NCBI GenBank assembly: GCA_964637315.1 | Contig: CAZWTT010000002.1 | Coordinates: 129,667-193,666 of the forward strand | DNA: 64,000 nt | Direction: 5' to 3' | Source of the DNA: an uncultured Dehalococcoidia bacterium | Lineage (GTDB): Bacteria; Chloroflexota; Dehalococcoidia; Lucifugimonadales; UBA2962 | Shown here: positions 1 to 9,091 of the stretch, piece by piece | Numbering within the stretch: position 1 is the stretch's first letter | Layout: every line of letters starts with the position of its first letter | Position numbers and translations under genes: made by a program | Notes under the pieces: model-generated | What the model was told of the DNA's origin: nothing | What the model saw: the letters and a program-made list of their open reading frames with translations, nothing else | Databases searched by the model: none

Positions 1-204
1 GAGGTGTACGTACACGCCCTGGAAAGCCTTGGGGTCCCGGCACAGGACACCTGGATGGTTGGGGATAACCTAGAGTTCGACGTGCTGGCCCCCATGCGGC
101 TCGGCATCTACGGCATCTGGGTGGATTTTGCCGGGACGGGTCTACCCGAAGATGCAATCTCGCGCCCAGACCGGGTCGTCCGGTCCATCTCAGAGCTTAT
201 TTAG
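1..204 (+). CDS. HAD-superfamily hydrolase, C-terminal fragment (5' end lies outside the window)
   Basis: Frame open from base 1. The ...WMVGDNLEFDVLAPMRLGIYGIWVD... segment resembles the HAD GD-x3-D motif region. Confidence 0.5.
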   Translation, partial: EVYVHALESLGVPAQDTWMVGDNLEFDVLAPMRLGIYGIWVDFAGTGLPEDAISRPDRVVRSISELI

Positions 205-228
205 CGTCCCGAAACCGTTTCCGCGGGG

Positions 229-648
229 TCAGGCGAGTTTGAATTTCGGCAGTGTGATCTCGTCGGTCACGTCGTCGAACACCACCTCCAGTGCCATCCC
301 TATCGCCAGGTCGTCTGGACTAGGTTCGTCGGAAAGGCCGACGATGTTGGTCGCCATGATCGGTCCGTCCTCCAGTTCCACGATGGCCGTCACGAACGGC
401 GCATCGGCCTGAAAGCCGGGATCGGGTGAGCGATGCACGATGGTGAAGGTGTGCAGCGTCGCCCTGCCACTGGCCTGGAACCACTCCGTGTCCCGGGAAA
501 AACAGCACGGCGAGATATCGCGTGGGTAGAAGTAGGCTTTGGCGCAGGCATTGCACCGGCGCAGCCAAAGCTCATGCTTACGGGTCCTATCCCAGTACGT
601 TTGCGACTCGCCCTGCGGCGCTGGTAGCGGCTTTTGGTAGTCGGCCAT
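229..648 (-). CDS. DUF35 family Zn-ribbon/OB-fold acyl-CoA-associated protein
   Basis: 139 aa. Cys-x2-Cys ... Cys-Cys ribbon (RRCNACAKAYFYPRDISPCC) followed by an OB-fold-like C-terminus. Lies 1 nt downstream of a thiolase, the usual pairing. Confidence 0.75.
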   Translation of the reverse strand: MADYQKPLPAPQGESQTYWDRTRKHELWLRRCNACAKAYFYPRDISPCCFSRDTEWFQASGRATLHTFTIVHRSPDPGFQADAPFVTAIVELEDGPIMATNIVGLSDEPSPDDLAIGMALEVVFDDVTDEITLPKFKLA

Positions 649-649
649 C

Positions 650-1801
650 TCAATCCACCGCTAGGATTGCCGTGCCGGTCGACGACAGGTACCCACCGGT
701 GCCGTTAATCAGCGCGATCTTGGTGTCGGCGAGTTGTCTGGCCCCGGTCTCGCCGCGAAGCTGCCGCACAGCCTCGAGTACGAGGAACATGCCGTACATG
801 CCCGAGTGAGTGTACGATAGCCCGCCGCCCGAGGTGTTCATCGGGAACGCGCCCCCCGGAGCGGTGCGCTGGTCGGCCACGAAGTCGGGGCCCTCGCCCG
901 GTCCGCAGAATCCCAGTGCCTCCAACGTCACAAGTACTGTGTATGTGAAAGAGTCGTAGATCATCGCCAGGTCGACATCACCATGAGTTATTCCAGCCCT
1001 CGCAAGAGCGCGAGGGCCGGTCTCCCTTGAAATGGGAGATGTTAGATCGGGCATCTGGCTGAGGATGGCGTGGTCGTGGCCCTCGGCGGCGCCCAGCACC
1101 CAGACGGGCTTGCGCTGTAGGTCCCGCGCCCGCTCGGCCGAGACGATGACGTAGGCTCCGCCCGCGTCCGTGACTATGCAGCAGTCAAGCAGGTGAAACG
1201 GCCACGAAACCCATCGCGATTCATGGTAGTCGTCGAAGGTCATCGGGTCGCGCATGTAGGCCTTGGGATTCAAGAGCGCCCATTTGCGTGTCGAGACCGC
1301 GATCTCTGCCAGTGCTTGGCGTGTCCTGTCTTCGCCGTAGACGTGCATATAACGGCGCGCGGCCATGGCATAGGCCACCGGTGCGTTTACGATGCCGTAC
1401 GGCACCTCGAACTGCTGGCCGGGCTCTGCCGGGTCCGGCGTGGGCTGACTGAGCCGGGAGCGGCCCGCCTCCCCGTGGGTGACGAGTGCCACCTCGCAGT
1501 AACCGGCTCGAATCGCCGCCATGGCGTGGGCGATGTGGATGATGAATGACGAACCGCCGACCGCGGTGCCGTCGGTGTATGTGGGGGTTATGCCCAGATA
1601 CTCGGCGAGCACCATGGACGAGTACCCGGCGGTGAGCACCCCGTCCACCTCGCCGATGCCGATTCCGGCGTCCTCCAAGGCGTTGTAGGCCGCCTCGGCA
1701 TGGTGCTGGAGTGACGATTTCCCGGGTATCTTCCCGATCTCGTCGGATTCTGCGACGCCCGCGATGGCGACTCTTTCGTTGTTTGCTGACATCGGCCGCA
1801 T
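650..1801 (-). CDS. Thiolase-like protein (SCP-x / lipid-transfer type thiolase)
   Basis: 383 aa with a thiolase fold pattern (GVLTAGYSS..., CCIVTDAGGAYVIVS, GGGLSYTHSGMYG). Partnered with DUF35. Confidence 0.8.
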   Translation of the reverse strand: MRPMSANNERVAIAGVAESDEIGKIPGKSSLQHHAEAAYNALEDAGIGIGEVDGVLTAGYSSMVLAEYLGITPTYTDGTAVGGSSFIIHIAHAMAAIRAGYCEVALVTHGEAGRSRLSQPTPDPAEPGQQFEVPYGIVNAPVAYAMAARRYMHVYGEDRTRQALAEIAVSTRKWALLNPKAYMRDPMTFDDYHESRWVSWPFHLLDCCIVTDAGGAYVIVSAERARDLQRKPVWVLGAAEGHDHAILSQMPDLTSPISRETGPRALARAGITHGDVDLAMIYDSFTYTVLVTLEALGFCGPGEGPDFVADQRTAPGGAFPMNTSGGGLSYTHSGMYGMFLVLEAVRQLRGETGARQLADTKIALINGTGGYLSSTGTAILAVD

Positions 1802-1809
1802 CGTACTGG

Positions 1810-2637
1810 CTAGAGGGCGAGGTTGTCGATCAGGCGAGTATCGCCGACAAAACCGGCCACCAGAGCCAGCGCCGGTCCGGTTATCTCGGCCACCTCGCCC
1901 AGGGTTTCGGGGTCGGTGATAGAGGCATAGTCGATGACGATGCCGCTCATCTCCATTTCCAGACGCATCGCGCTCTTAAGCACGTCCGTGTCCGTCTCGC
2001 CGTCGCTCCTGAGAGTCTTTGCCCGATTCAGTGCCGCGTACAGGCCCAGCGCCGAGGCTCGCTCGTCGGCGTCGAGGGCGGTGTTACGGCTGCTCAAGGC
2101 CAGGCCGTCTGTTTCGCGAACCGTTGGAACTGCGACGATCTGAGCCCCAAGATTCAGGTCCTGACTCATACGACGGACCACGAGAAGCTGCTGCGCGTCC
2201 TTCCATCCGAAATACGCCCGGTCCGGCCGGGCGATCGCGAGCAGCTTGCAGACGATGGTGGCGACGCCATCGAAGTGACCCGGCCGCGATGCCCCCTCCA
2301 GCCGCTGCGCCAGCCGACCCACAGAGACTGTCGTATCGAAGCTGGTCGGGTACATCTCCCCGGTCGGGGGAGTGAAAACCACGTCGACGCCCTCTTCTTC
2401 CAGTACCGTCAGGTCATGCTGTCTGTTCCCAGGGTATGTGGCGAAGTCCTCCGCAGACCCGAACTGCGCCGGGTTGACGAAGATTGAGGCCGCGACGGTG
2501 CCGCAATCGGACTTGGCCGAGCGCAACAGCGCGATGTGACCGGCGTGAAGGGCGCCCATGGTGGGGACCATGCCCAGTGGACGGTTGTGACCTTTAAGCT
2601 CGGTCCTCAGCGCCTCAGCCGTCTCGACGACCCGCAC
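1810..2637 (-). CDS. panC: Pantoate--beta-alanine ligase
   Basis: 275 aa. PTMGALHAGHIALLRSA (HxGH nucleotidyl-transferase motif) and SSRN motif (LALSSRNTAL). Confidence 0.9.
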   Translation of the reverse strand: MRVVETAEALRTELKGHNRPLGMVPTMGALHAGHIALLRSAKSDCGTVAASIFVNPAQFGSAEDFATYPGNRQHDLTVLEEEGVDVVFTPPTGEMYPTSFDTTVSVGRLAQRLEGASRPGHFDGVATIVCKLLAIARPDRAYFGWKDAQQLLVVRRMSQDLNLGAQIVAVPTVRETDGLALSSRNTALDADERASALGLYAALNRAKTLRSDGETDTDVLKSAMRLEMEMSGIVIDYASITDPETLGEVAEITGPALALVAGFVGDTRLIDNLAL

Positions 2638-2641
2638 GCGA

Positions 2642-3538
2642 CTAATCTGTCGCCTCGTCCCGTTGCATGGCCGCGACGACGTCCTCGGACACGTGGTGGC
2701 TCTCGGCGTCGCCGGGGAAACTGCCCTCCTTGACGTCGGAGAAGTACGAGCCGAGTGCGGCGCGCATGTCGTCGGCCATGTTGGCGTAGTGACGGGTGTG
2801 CTTGGGGGTGAAGACCTCGAACAACCCCAGCACGTCGTGCAGCACCTGAATTTGTCCGTCGCAGTGCGGCCCGGCTCCTATGCCGACGGTGGGGACAGTT
2901 ACCCTGGCCGTAATCTCCCGTGCAACTTCTGCGGGCACTAACTCAAGCACAATGGAATAGACTCCGGCCTCTTGCAGCGCAAAAGCGTCGGCCAACAACT
3001 GTTGGGCCTCTGCCGGGCTCTTACCCTGCACCTTGTAGCCGCCGAGCTGGTTCACTGATTGGGGTGTAAGCCCTATGTGGCCCATTACCGGGATGCCCGT
3101 CGAGACCAGCTGCCTTATGGTGCCGACCATGTGGCTCCCACCCTCCACCTTGACGCTCTGCGCCCCCGCCTCCTTGAGGTAGCGGCCCGCGTTGTGCATA
3201 GCCTCCGGCCAATTGGCGTTGTAGCTGAGGAATGGCATATCGGCGACCACGTGCGCGCGCTCTGTGCCTCGTACCACGGCGCGGGTGTGGTGGATCGACT
3301 CGTCTATCGTCAGCGGGACCGTGTCTTCGTAGCCCAGCACGACCTGGCTCATCGAGTCGCCCACGAGAATGGCTGGGAAGCCCACCTCATCGACGATGCG
3401 GGCCGACGTGTAGTCGTAGGCGGTGATCATCCCAATCGTCTCGCCTCGACGCTTCATCTCCGCCAGCTGGTGAATGGTTGTGCGCATACGGTACCTCCTC
3501 CTTTGCCCGAGTGAGGGCCTGCGCGGTGCTTTGCTCAC
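2642..3538 (-). CDS. panB: 3-methyl-2-oxobutanoate hydroxymethyltransferase
   Basis: ITAYDYTSARIVDEVGFPAILVGDSMSQVVLGYEDT is typical PanB. The true start may be the internal MRTTIHQL (around 3487). Confidence 0.9.
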   Translation of the reverse strand: MSKAPRRPSLGQRRRYRMRTTIHQLAEMKRRGETIGMITAYDYTSARIVDEVGFPAILVGDSMSQVVLGYEDTVPLTIDESIHHTRAVVRGTERAHVVADMPFLSYNANWPEAMHNAGRYLKEAGAQSVKVEGGSHMVGTIRQLVSTGIPVMGHIGLTPQSVNQLGGYKVQGKSPAEAQQLLADAFALQEAGVYSIVLELVPAEVAREITARVTVPTVGIGAGPHCDGQIQVLHDVLGLFEVFTPKHTRHYANMADDMRAALGSYFSDVKEGSFPGDAESHHVSEDVVAAMQRDEATD

Positions 3539-3574
3539 GGACCCGCCGGTCCGTTCATAGTTATTTGATTGCAG

Positions 3575-4474
3575 TTATGTAAGGGGGTTGTCGGCGATGT
3601 ACTCTTTGAGGAGACGCTCGATCTCCTTCGCGTCGGCCGGGTCGGCGACGCCCTTCTCAAGTGCGAACGGGAGCCCGGCCAAGGCCGAGGTGGCGTACAT
3701 CTGCAGCGCCTCCGTGCTCACGCTCTTCATCGACTCAAGATGCTTTTTCACGGTGCCCACGTCCCCGCGAACGTAGGGTCCGGCGATGGCGGCGGGAAAG
3801 CCGCTCGACTCGATTACGTTTGCCACCCCCCGCACGATCGGCATGAGGGATGCGATCGCCTCATTACGGGGAACACCTAGACGATCCGCCCAGATCTGGG
3901 TAATCACCGCCGCCTGGCCCATTAGGACGCCGCCGATGGTCACAAGGGAGGCGTGGTACAGGGGCTTGTCCTCCGAGCGCAACGCGATCGGCCTGCCGTC
4001 CAGGTCCACAGCCAGGCCCGACAGGTAAGTCTGTATGTTTCCGGTGCCCTCTATACCGAAGGTCGAGCCCGGCAGGGCCTCCAGTGCGGCTTCTACCGAA
4101 GCAAAAGCCTGGAGCGGGTGCATCGAACCAATCGCCACACCCTGTCCGGCCGGACCCTCCAACACATCCAGGGAGGTAACGCCGGAGCAGTGGGCGACGC
4201 CCTGCCCGGCGCGCCAGGTGATCCCGTCGGCGACCGGTTTGATGGCCCCGTCGAACGTGGTAATGAACACGAAGTCGGCCCTGTCGATAGCATCCTGAAT
4301 GGACTCGTAAGCTTCGCAGCCCTCTACGCGCATCGCTAGGTCCCGCGCCGACGCGAAGGTGCGGCTGGCGGTGGCCACCACCGGGTAGCCCTGGCGCGAC
4401 AGTGCAACGGCCAGGGTCTTGCCCACGGCCCCGGACCCAACAAACGCGATCTTGCTAGTTCTATCGAATGCCAT
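3575..4474 (-). CDS. Rossmann-fold / DUF2520 oxidoreductase, candidate ketopantoate reductase
   Basis: N-terminal IAFVGSGAVGKTLA dinucleotide-binding motif. C-terminal AIAGPYVRGDVGTVKKHLES matches the DUF2520 signature. Sits directly upstream of panB-panC. Confidence 0.55.
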   Translation of the reverse strand: MAFDRTSKIAFVGSGAVGKTLAVALSRQGYPVVATASRTFASARDLAMRVEGCEAYESIQDAIDRADFVFITTFDGAIKPVADGITWRAGQGVAHCSGVTSLDVLEGPAGQGVAIGSMHPLQAFASVEAALEALPGSTFGIEGTGNIQTYLSGLAVDLDGRPIALRSEDKPLYHASLVTIGGVLMGQAAVITQIWADRLGVPRNEAIASLMPIVRGVANVIESSGFPAAIAGPYVRGDVGTVKKHLESMKSVSTEALQMYATSALAGLPFALEKGVADPADAKEIERLLKEYIADNPLT

Positions 4475-4477
4475 GTT

Positions 4478-5485
4478 TCACAGGTCCCCCAATGCCGGCA
4501 CGCCGTTCAGGCCGGTCGCCTCGGTTATCGACCGCACTATCGCCGCCGCCACGGTTATGGCCGCCGCCGCCGTGATGCGGTCGAGATCCGGAGGGGTCGA
4601 GTCGTCGTCCGCATTGCCGGTGGCGAGGGCGAAAAAGGCGTCCCCGTCGTGCACAGTATGGGCCGGACGCACGGCCATCGCCAGCCCGTCGTGGGCGGCC
4701 GACGCTACCCGGCTCGCCTGGGCCTTCGACAATGCGGCGTCGGTGGCGACCACGCCTATGGTCGTATTGGTGCCCGCCGGCATGGGGGGTGGTTTCCAGT
4801 CTGGCGCGAGTATCGTCTCCGTCGCGTCGGACATGCTGCCGTCGGCAGCGCGAGGACCAGCGATCAGGCATCCGGACCGGGCGTCGGAGACGCCTCCGAC
4901 GGCGTTGTTGGCGACTATCGCCCCCACCGTCGTGCCGTCTCCAAGAACCAGTCCGGCGGTGCCGATGCCCGCCTTAACGAAGCCCGCTCGCCCCAGCAAC
5001 TTGGCCGCCGTGGCACCCGTCCCGGCGCCCACCGTGCCCTCGCCCGGCCGCTCGCCCGTGGCGACGGTGCAGGCCTGGTAGGCGTCGTCCGGGCCGGGGA
5101 CGGCCTCCTGGGACATATGTAGGTCGAAGAGGATGGCGGCCGGGACGATAGGCACCGTGATGCCGCGTGCATCGTGACCCACGCCGTTCTCGCGCAGGTA
5201 GCGGACCACACCTTCCGCTGCCATGAGTCCAAAAGCACTCCCGCCGCTGAGCAGCACGCCTTGCACTCTCGGCACGGTAGCTGTGGGATGGAGCAGGTCC
5301 GTTTCACGGGTGCCGGGAGATGCGCCGCGAACGTCAACACCTGCCACCGCGCCACCCTCACACAAGATGACCGTGCAACCGGTGGCCCTGTGGACATCCG
5401 TGTAGTGTCCGACGGCAATGCCCGCCACGTCGGTTATCGAGCCGGATGCCGGATTCTGTTTGGTGTATGTTTGGATACTGGTCAA
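4478..5485 (-). CDS. P1/S58 (DmpA/BapA-like) Ntn aminopeptidase
   Basis: 335 aa. GIAVGHYTD...TGCTVIL...GVDVRGASPGTRETDLL and GTNTTIGVVATDA (self-processing/nucleophile region). Confidence 0.75.
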   Translation of the reverse strand: MTSIQTYTKQNPASGSITDVAGIAVGHYTDVHRATGCTVILCEGGAVAGVDVRGASPGTRETDLLHPTATVPRVQGVLLSGGSAFGLMAAEGVVRYLRENGVGHDARGITVPIVPAAILFDLHMSQEAVPGPDDAYQACTVATGERPGEGTVGAGTGATAAKLLGRAGFVKAGIGTAGLVLGDGTTVGAIVANNAVGGVSDARSGCLIAGPRAADGSMSDATETILAPDWKPPPMPAGTNTTIGVVATDAALSKAQASRVASAAHDGLAMAVRPAHTVHDGDAFFALATGNADDDSTPPDLDRITAAAAITVAAAIVRSITEATGLNGVPALGDL

Positions 5486-5669
5486 TGCTCACCGTTCCAA
5501 CCGGATTGGTTGCACGGTGCATCTTAAACAACGCGCGCGTCCAGCGTCCAACCTCCCCCCCAGCGGCCGGTCAACGGACTGGTCCGCAGGACTCTCATGG
5601 GCGCGGTCGGACTGGTCGCAAGTGTTACAATCATGATTTTCGACCCACCCCTTGTCTCCGAGGTGATCT

Positions 5670-7067
5670 TTGGTAGAAAGTGGCTCAAATTACGACCTCG
5701 TGATCCTCGGCAGCGGTCCCGGAGGATACGTGGCGGGCATCCGTGCGGGCCAGTTGGGGATGCGGGCCGCCATCGTCGAAAGAGCAGAGATTGGTGGCGT
5801 GTGCCTGAACTGGGGCTGCATCCCCAGCAAGGCGCTTCTCCGTAACGCCGAGATACTCAGTCTGCTTAACGAGGCCGAGCGCTTCGGCATTGAAGTCAGT
5901 GGCGTCATTGCTGACTTCGGCAAGGCCGTTGACCGGAGTAGAGAGGTCGTCGATCGCCTCACCAAGGGCGTGGCCTACCTGCTCAACAAGAACAAAGTCG
6001 ATGTGGTCGGGGGCACCGGTTCCTTGATCGATGCTGGCACCGTCAGCGTCGATGGCGAGTCGCCGCAGACGCTGAAAACGAGCAACGTGATGATCGCCAC
6101 CGGTGCGCGTCAGCGCGGCCTGCCCAATCTGCCCATCGACGGTAACGTCGTCGTTACCAGCCGCCAGGCCCTGGAGATGCGCGAAGTGCCGGCCCGGGTG
6201 GTGATCGTCGGCGGCGGTGCCACCGGCGCCGAGTTCGCCTATTTGTATAACTCCTACGGCAGCGAAGTGACCATAGTGGAGTTGCTCCCCCGCATGGTCC
6301 CGCTGGAGGACGACGACGTGGGGGCGCAGCTCGGCCGCTCCTTCAAGAAGATGGGCGTCAAGGTGATGGCCGAATCCCAGGTGCTCGGCATCACCACCGA
6401 GTCCGGCACCGCCAAGGTCACGGTGTCAAAAGGGGACACTGAGTCGGTGATCGAATGCGACCGGGTCCTGGTCGCCGTCGGCGTGACCGGTAACATCGAG
6501 AACATCGGCCTCGAAGCTGCCGGAGTGGAGACGGAGCGTGGCTTCATCCCGGTCGACGACAGCATGAAAACCAACGTCCCGGGCGTGTACGCTATCGGCG
6601 ACGTGACGGGAAAGCTGCTCTTAGCTCATGTCGCATCCGCACAGGGCGTCACCGCGGTCGAGACGATGGCGGGGCTGGAGCCCCCGGCCTTGGACTACGG
6701 CCTCATGCCGAAGGCCGTCTATTGCCGGCCGCAGGTGGCCAGCTTCGGCATGACCGAGCAGGCGGCCCGGGAAGAGGGCCGCGAGTTGAAGATCGGCAAA
6801 TTCCCGCTGTCCGCCTCCGGCAAGGCCCTGGCGATGGGCGAGACCGACGGTTTCGTCAAAGTGGTCTCCGATGCGGAGATCGGCGAGATCCTCGGCATCC
6901 ACATGATCGGCACCGAGGTCACCGAGCTGCTTGGAGAGGCGTCTCTCGCCAAGTTGCTTGAAGGCACAACCACTGAGATAGGCTGGCTGGTCCATCCCCA
7001 TCCCACGATTTCGGAAGGCCTCAAAGAGGCCGCCCTGGCCGCCGAGGGAGAGGCCATCCACGTCTGA
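5670..7067 (+). CDS. lpdA: Dihydrolipoyl dehydrogenase (E3)
   Basis: 465 aa. GSGPGGY FAD motif and redox disulfide GGVCLNWGCIPSK. TTG start with a GAGGTGA just upstream. Confidence 0.9.
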   Translation: MVESGSNYDLVILGSGPGGYVAGIRAGQLGMRAAIVERAEIGGVCLNWGCIPSKALLRNAEILSLLNEAERFGIEVSGVIADFGKAVDRSREVVDRLTKGVAYLLNKNKVDVVGGTGSLIDAGTVSVDGESPQTLKTSNVMIATGARQRGLPNLPIDGNVVVTSRQALEMREVPARVVIVGGGATGAEFAYLYNSYGSEVTIVELLPRMVPLEDDDVGAQLGRSFKKMGVKVMAESQVLGITTESGTAKVTVSKGDTESVIECDRVLVAVGVTGNIENIGLEAAGVETERGFIPVDDSMKTNVPGVYAIGDVTGKLLLAHVASAQGVTAVETMAGLEPPALDYGLMPKAVYCRPQVASFGMTEQAAREEGRELKIGKFPLSASGKALAMGETDGFVKVVSDAEIGEILGIHMIGTEVTELLGEASLAKLLEGTTTEIGWLVHPHPTISEGLKEAALAAEGEAIHV

Positions 7068-8090
7068 GTGTCTGAGCGCCCCGGTCGCGGCATCTCAAAT
7101 GCCGCTCTGCTCACCATGAAAGTAGCACCCAAGATAGACAAATCCCTCGCCCGCGACCTTTACAGGCAGATGCAACTCATTCGCCGCTTCGAAGAGGAGT
7201 GCAGCGCACAGTACATGCAGGGCCGCATACGTGGCTTCCTGCACCTGTACATCGGAGAGGAGGCGGTCGGGGTCGGCGCCATCTCGGCCCTTCGAGAGGA
7301 TGACTACATCGTCAGCCATTATCGAGACCACGGGCACGCCTTGGCGCGCGGCCTGGAGCCGGGTCCGGTGATGGCTGAGTTGATGGGCAAGGCCACCGGC
7401 GTCAGCGGAGGCAGGGGCGGGTCCATGCACCTGTTCGACTCGGGAAAGGGCTTTATGGGGGGCTATGCCATCGTCGGCGGTCAGCTCCCGATCGCCGTGG
7501 GTCTGGGCTTGGCTATCAGCCATTTGCGGCAGGATCGGGTCGTCATCTGTTTCTTCGGCGACGGGGCGGTGAACGAGGGCGAGTTTCATGAATCGCTCAA
7601 CCTCGCGTCCCTGTGGAACCTGCCGGTCATCTTCATGCTCGAGAACAACCTGTACGGCATGGGCAGCCACATCGACCGCACCCACGCCGCTGGCCGGGAC
7701 CTGTATACGTCCGCCGACTCCTACAACATACCGGCCATGCAGGTCGACGGGATGGACCTGATGGCCGTACGCGAGGCCGCCCAAGAGGCTGTTCACCGCG
7801 TCCGGGCCGGTGACGGACCGGTGTTCCTGGAGGCCATCACCTACCGCTTCCAAGGCCACTCCATGGCCGACCCCGTCCAGTATCGGGATAACAAAGAGGT
7901 CGACGAGTGGAGGGGGAGGGACCCCATCTCGCGGTTCGTCGACTTCGCCGTCGGGGAGAACCTGCTCGGACCGGAGGATCTCGCGGAAATTCAGGAAGAG
8001 GTCGAGCTGGTGGTGGAGGAAGCCACCCGATTCGGAATCGAGAGCGAGGAACCAACAATCGAATCCATGTACTGCCACGTCTATGGCTGA
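7068..8090 (+). CDS. pdhA: Pyruvate/2-oxoacid dehydrogenase E1 alpha subunit
   Basis: TPP motif FFGDGAVNEGEFHESLNLASLWNLPVIFMLENNLYGMG. The start could alternatively be ATG 7116 (MKVAPKID...). Confidence 0.85.
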   Translation: MSERPGRGISNAALLTMKVAPKIDKSLARDLYRQMQLIRRFEEECSAQYMQGRIRGFLHLYIGEEAVGVGAISALREDDYIVSHYRDHGHALARGLEPGPVMAELMGKATGVSGGRGGSMHLFDSGKGFMGGYAIVGGQLPIAVGLGLAISHLRQDRVVICFFGDGAVNEGEFHESLNLASLWNLPVIFMLENNLYGMGSHIDRTHAAGRDLYTSADSYNIPAMQVDGMDLMAVREAAQEAVHRVRAGDGPVFLEAITYRFQGHSMADPVQYRDNKEVDEWRGRDPISRFVDFAVGENLLGPEDLAEIQEEVELVVEEATRFGIESEEPTIESMYCHVYG

Positions 8091-9060
8091 GTTGCAGCTC
8101 AGGGAGGCGGTGTCGCAAGGACTTAGGGAGGCCATGGATTCCGACGAACGTTTCATGATGCTCGGCGAGGACATCGGCGAGTACGGTGGCGCCTACGCCG
8201 TCACCAAGGGTTTCTTGCGCTCCTACGGGCAGGATCGCGTTCGTGACACGCCCATATCGGAGGCGGTTATGGTGGGCGCTTCGGTGGGGGCGGCGATGGG
8301 CGGCATCCGTCCGATAGTCGAGGTGATGACGATCAACTTCACCCTTCTGGCGATGGATCAGGTGGTCAACCATGCCGCGAAGCTCAGGTACATGTCGAAC
8401 GGCCAGTTGAGAGTTCCCATGATCTTGCGCACGGTGACCGGAGGCGGCGCCCAACTCGGTGCGACCCATTCCCAGAGCTTCGAGGGCTGGTACGCCAACG
8501 TCCCTGGCCTGAAGGTAGCCACTCCGGCCACGCCCTACGACGCGCTGGGCCTTATGCGGTCCGCCGCCCGCAGCGAAGACCCGGTCGTCTTCGCCGAGCA
8601 CCAGATGTTGTACGGAGTGAAAGGCGAGGTGCCGGAGGAGTGGTACGAGGTGCCGTTCGGGAAGGCGGCGGTGCGGCGCGAGGGTAAAGACGTGACCCTG
8701 GTCGGATACTCACGCATGGCAAATATCGCCCTTGATGCGGCCGAGATTCTTTCGGACCGTGGCGTGGACGCAGAAGTGGTCGACCTCCGCACCCTTCGGC
8801 CTTTGGATATGGATACTGTAGTCGACTCGGTACTCAAAACCGGCAGAGCCGTGGTCGTCGAAGAGAACTGGAGAACCGGAGGATTCGGCGCCGAAGTGGC
8901 CGCAGGAATACAGGAGCGGGCTTTTGACCACCTTGACGGCCCAGTGGGACGAGTTAGTGGCGCGGAGGTGCCGTTCCCTTACAATGGCCGGCTGGAGGCA
9001 GCTGCAATACCGGACGTGGCCCGGGTGGCGGCCGCAGTGTCTGAACTTTTCGGCATCTGA
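8083..9060 (+). CDS. pdhB: Pyruvate/2-oxoacid dehydrogenase E1 beta subunit
   Basis: MAELQLREAV...MMLGEDIGEYGGAY. ATG at 8083 overlaps the pdhA stop (ATGGCTGA). The longer track ORF from 7810 is an out-of-gene extension. Confidence 0.85.
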   Translation: MAELQLREAVSQGLREAMDSDERFMMLGEDIGEYGGAYAVTKGFLRSYGQDRVRDTPISEAVMVGASVGAAMGGIRPIVEVMTINFTLLAMDQVVNHAAKLRYMSNGQLRVPMILRTVTGGGAQLGATHSQSFEGWYANVPGLKVATPATPYDALGLMRSAARSEDPVVFAEHQMLYGVKGEVPEEWYEVPFGKAAVRREGKDVTLVGYSRMANIALDAAEILSDRGVDAEVVDLRTLRPLDMDTVVDSVLKTGRAVVVEENWRTGGFGAEVAAGIQERAFDHLDGPVGRVSGAEVPFPYNGRLEAAAIPDVARVAAAVSELFGI

Positions 9061-9091
9061 CCCACTCAGATGGGATTGGGAGCGCGCAGCA

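Noticed and set aside
7095-8174. Long antisense or alternative-frame ORFs. Examples: 7095..8174(-), 7837..8601(-), 8954..9844(-), 12101..13183(-), 17632..18327(-), 18430..19278(-), 21613..22470(+), 29858..30718(-), 35528..36433(-), 36450..37232(-), 37599..38444(-), 46240..47052(-), 47959..48783(-), 51024..51866(-), 58455..59384(-).
   Set aside because: All lie opposite to, or out of frame with, genes carrying clear family motifs. Their products are Arg/Pro/Gly/Ala-rich low-complexity strings, typical of stop-poor non-coding frames in GC-rich DNA.
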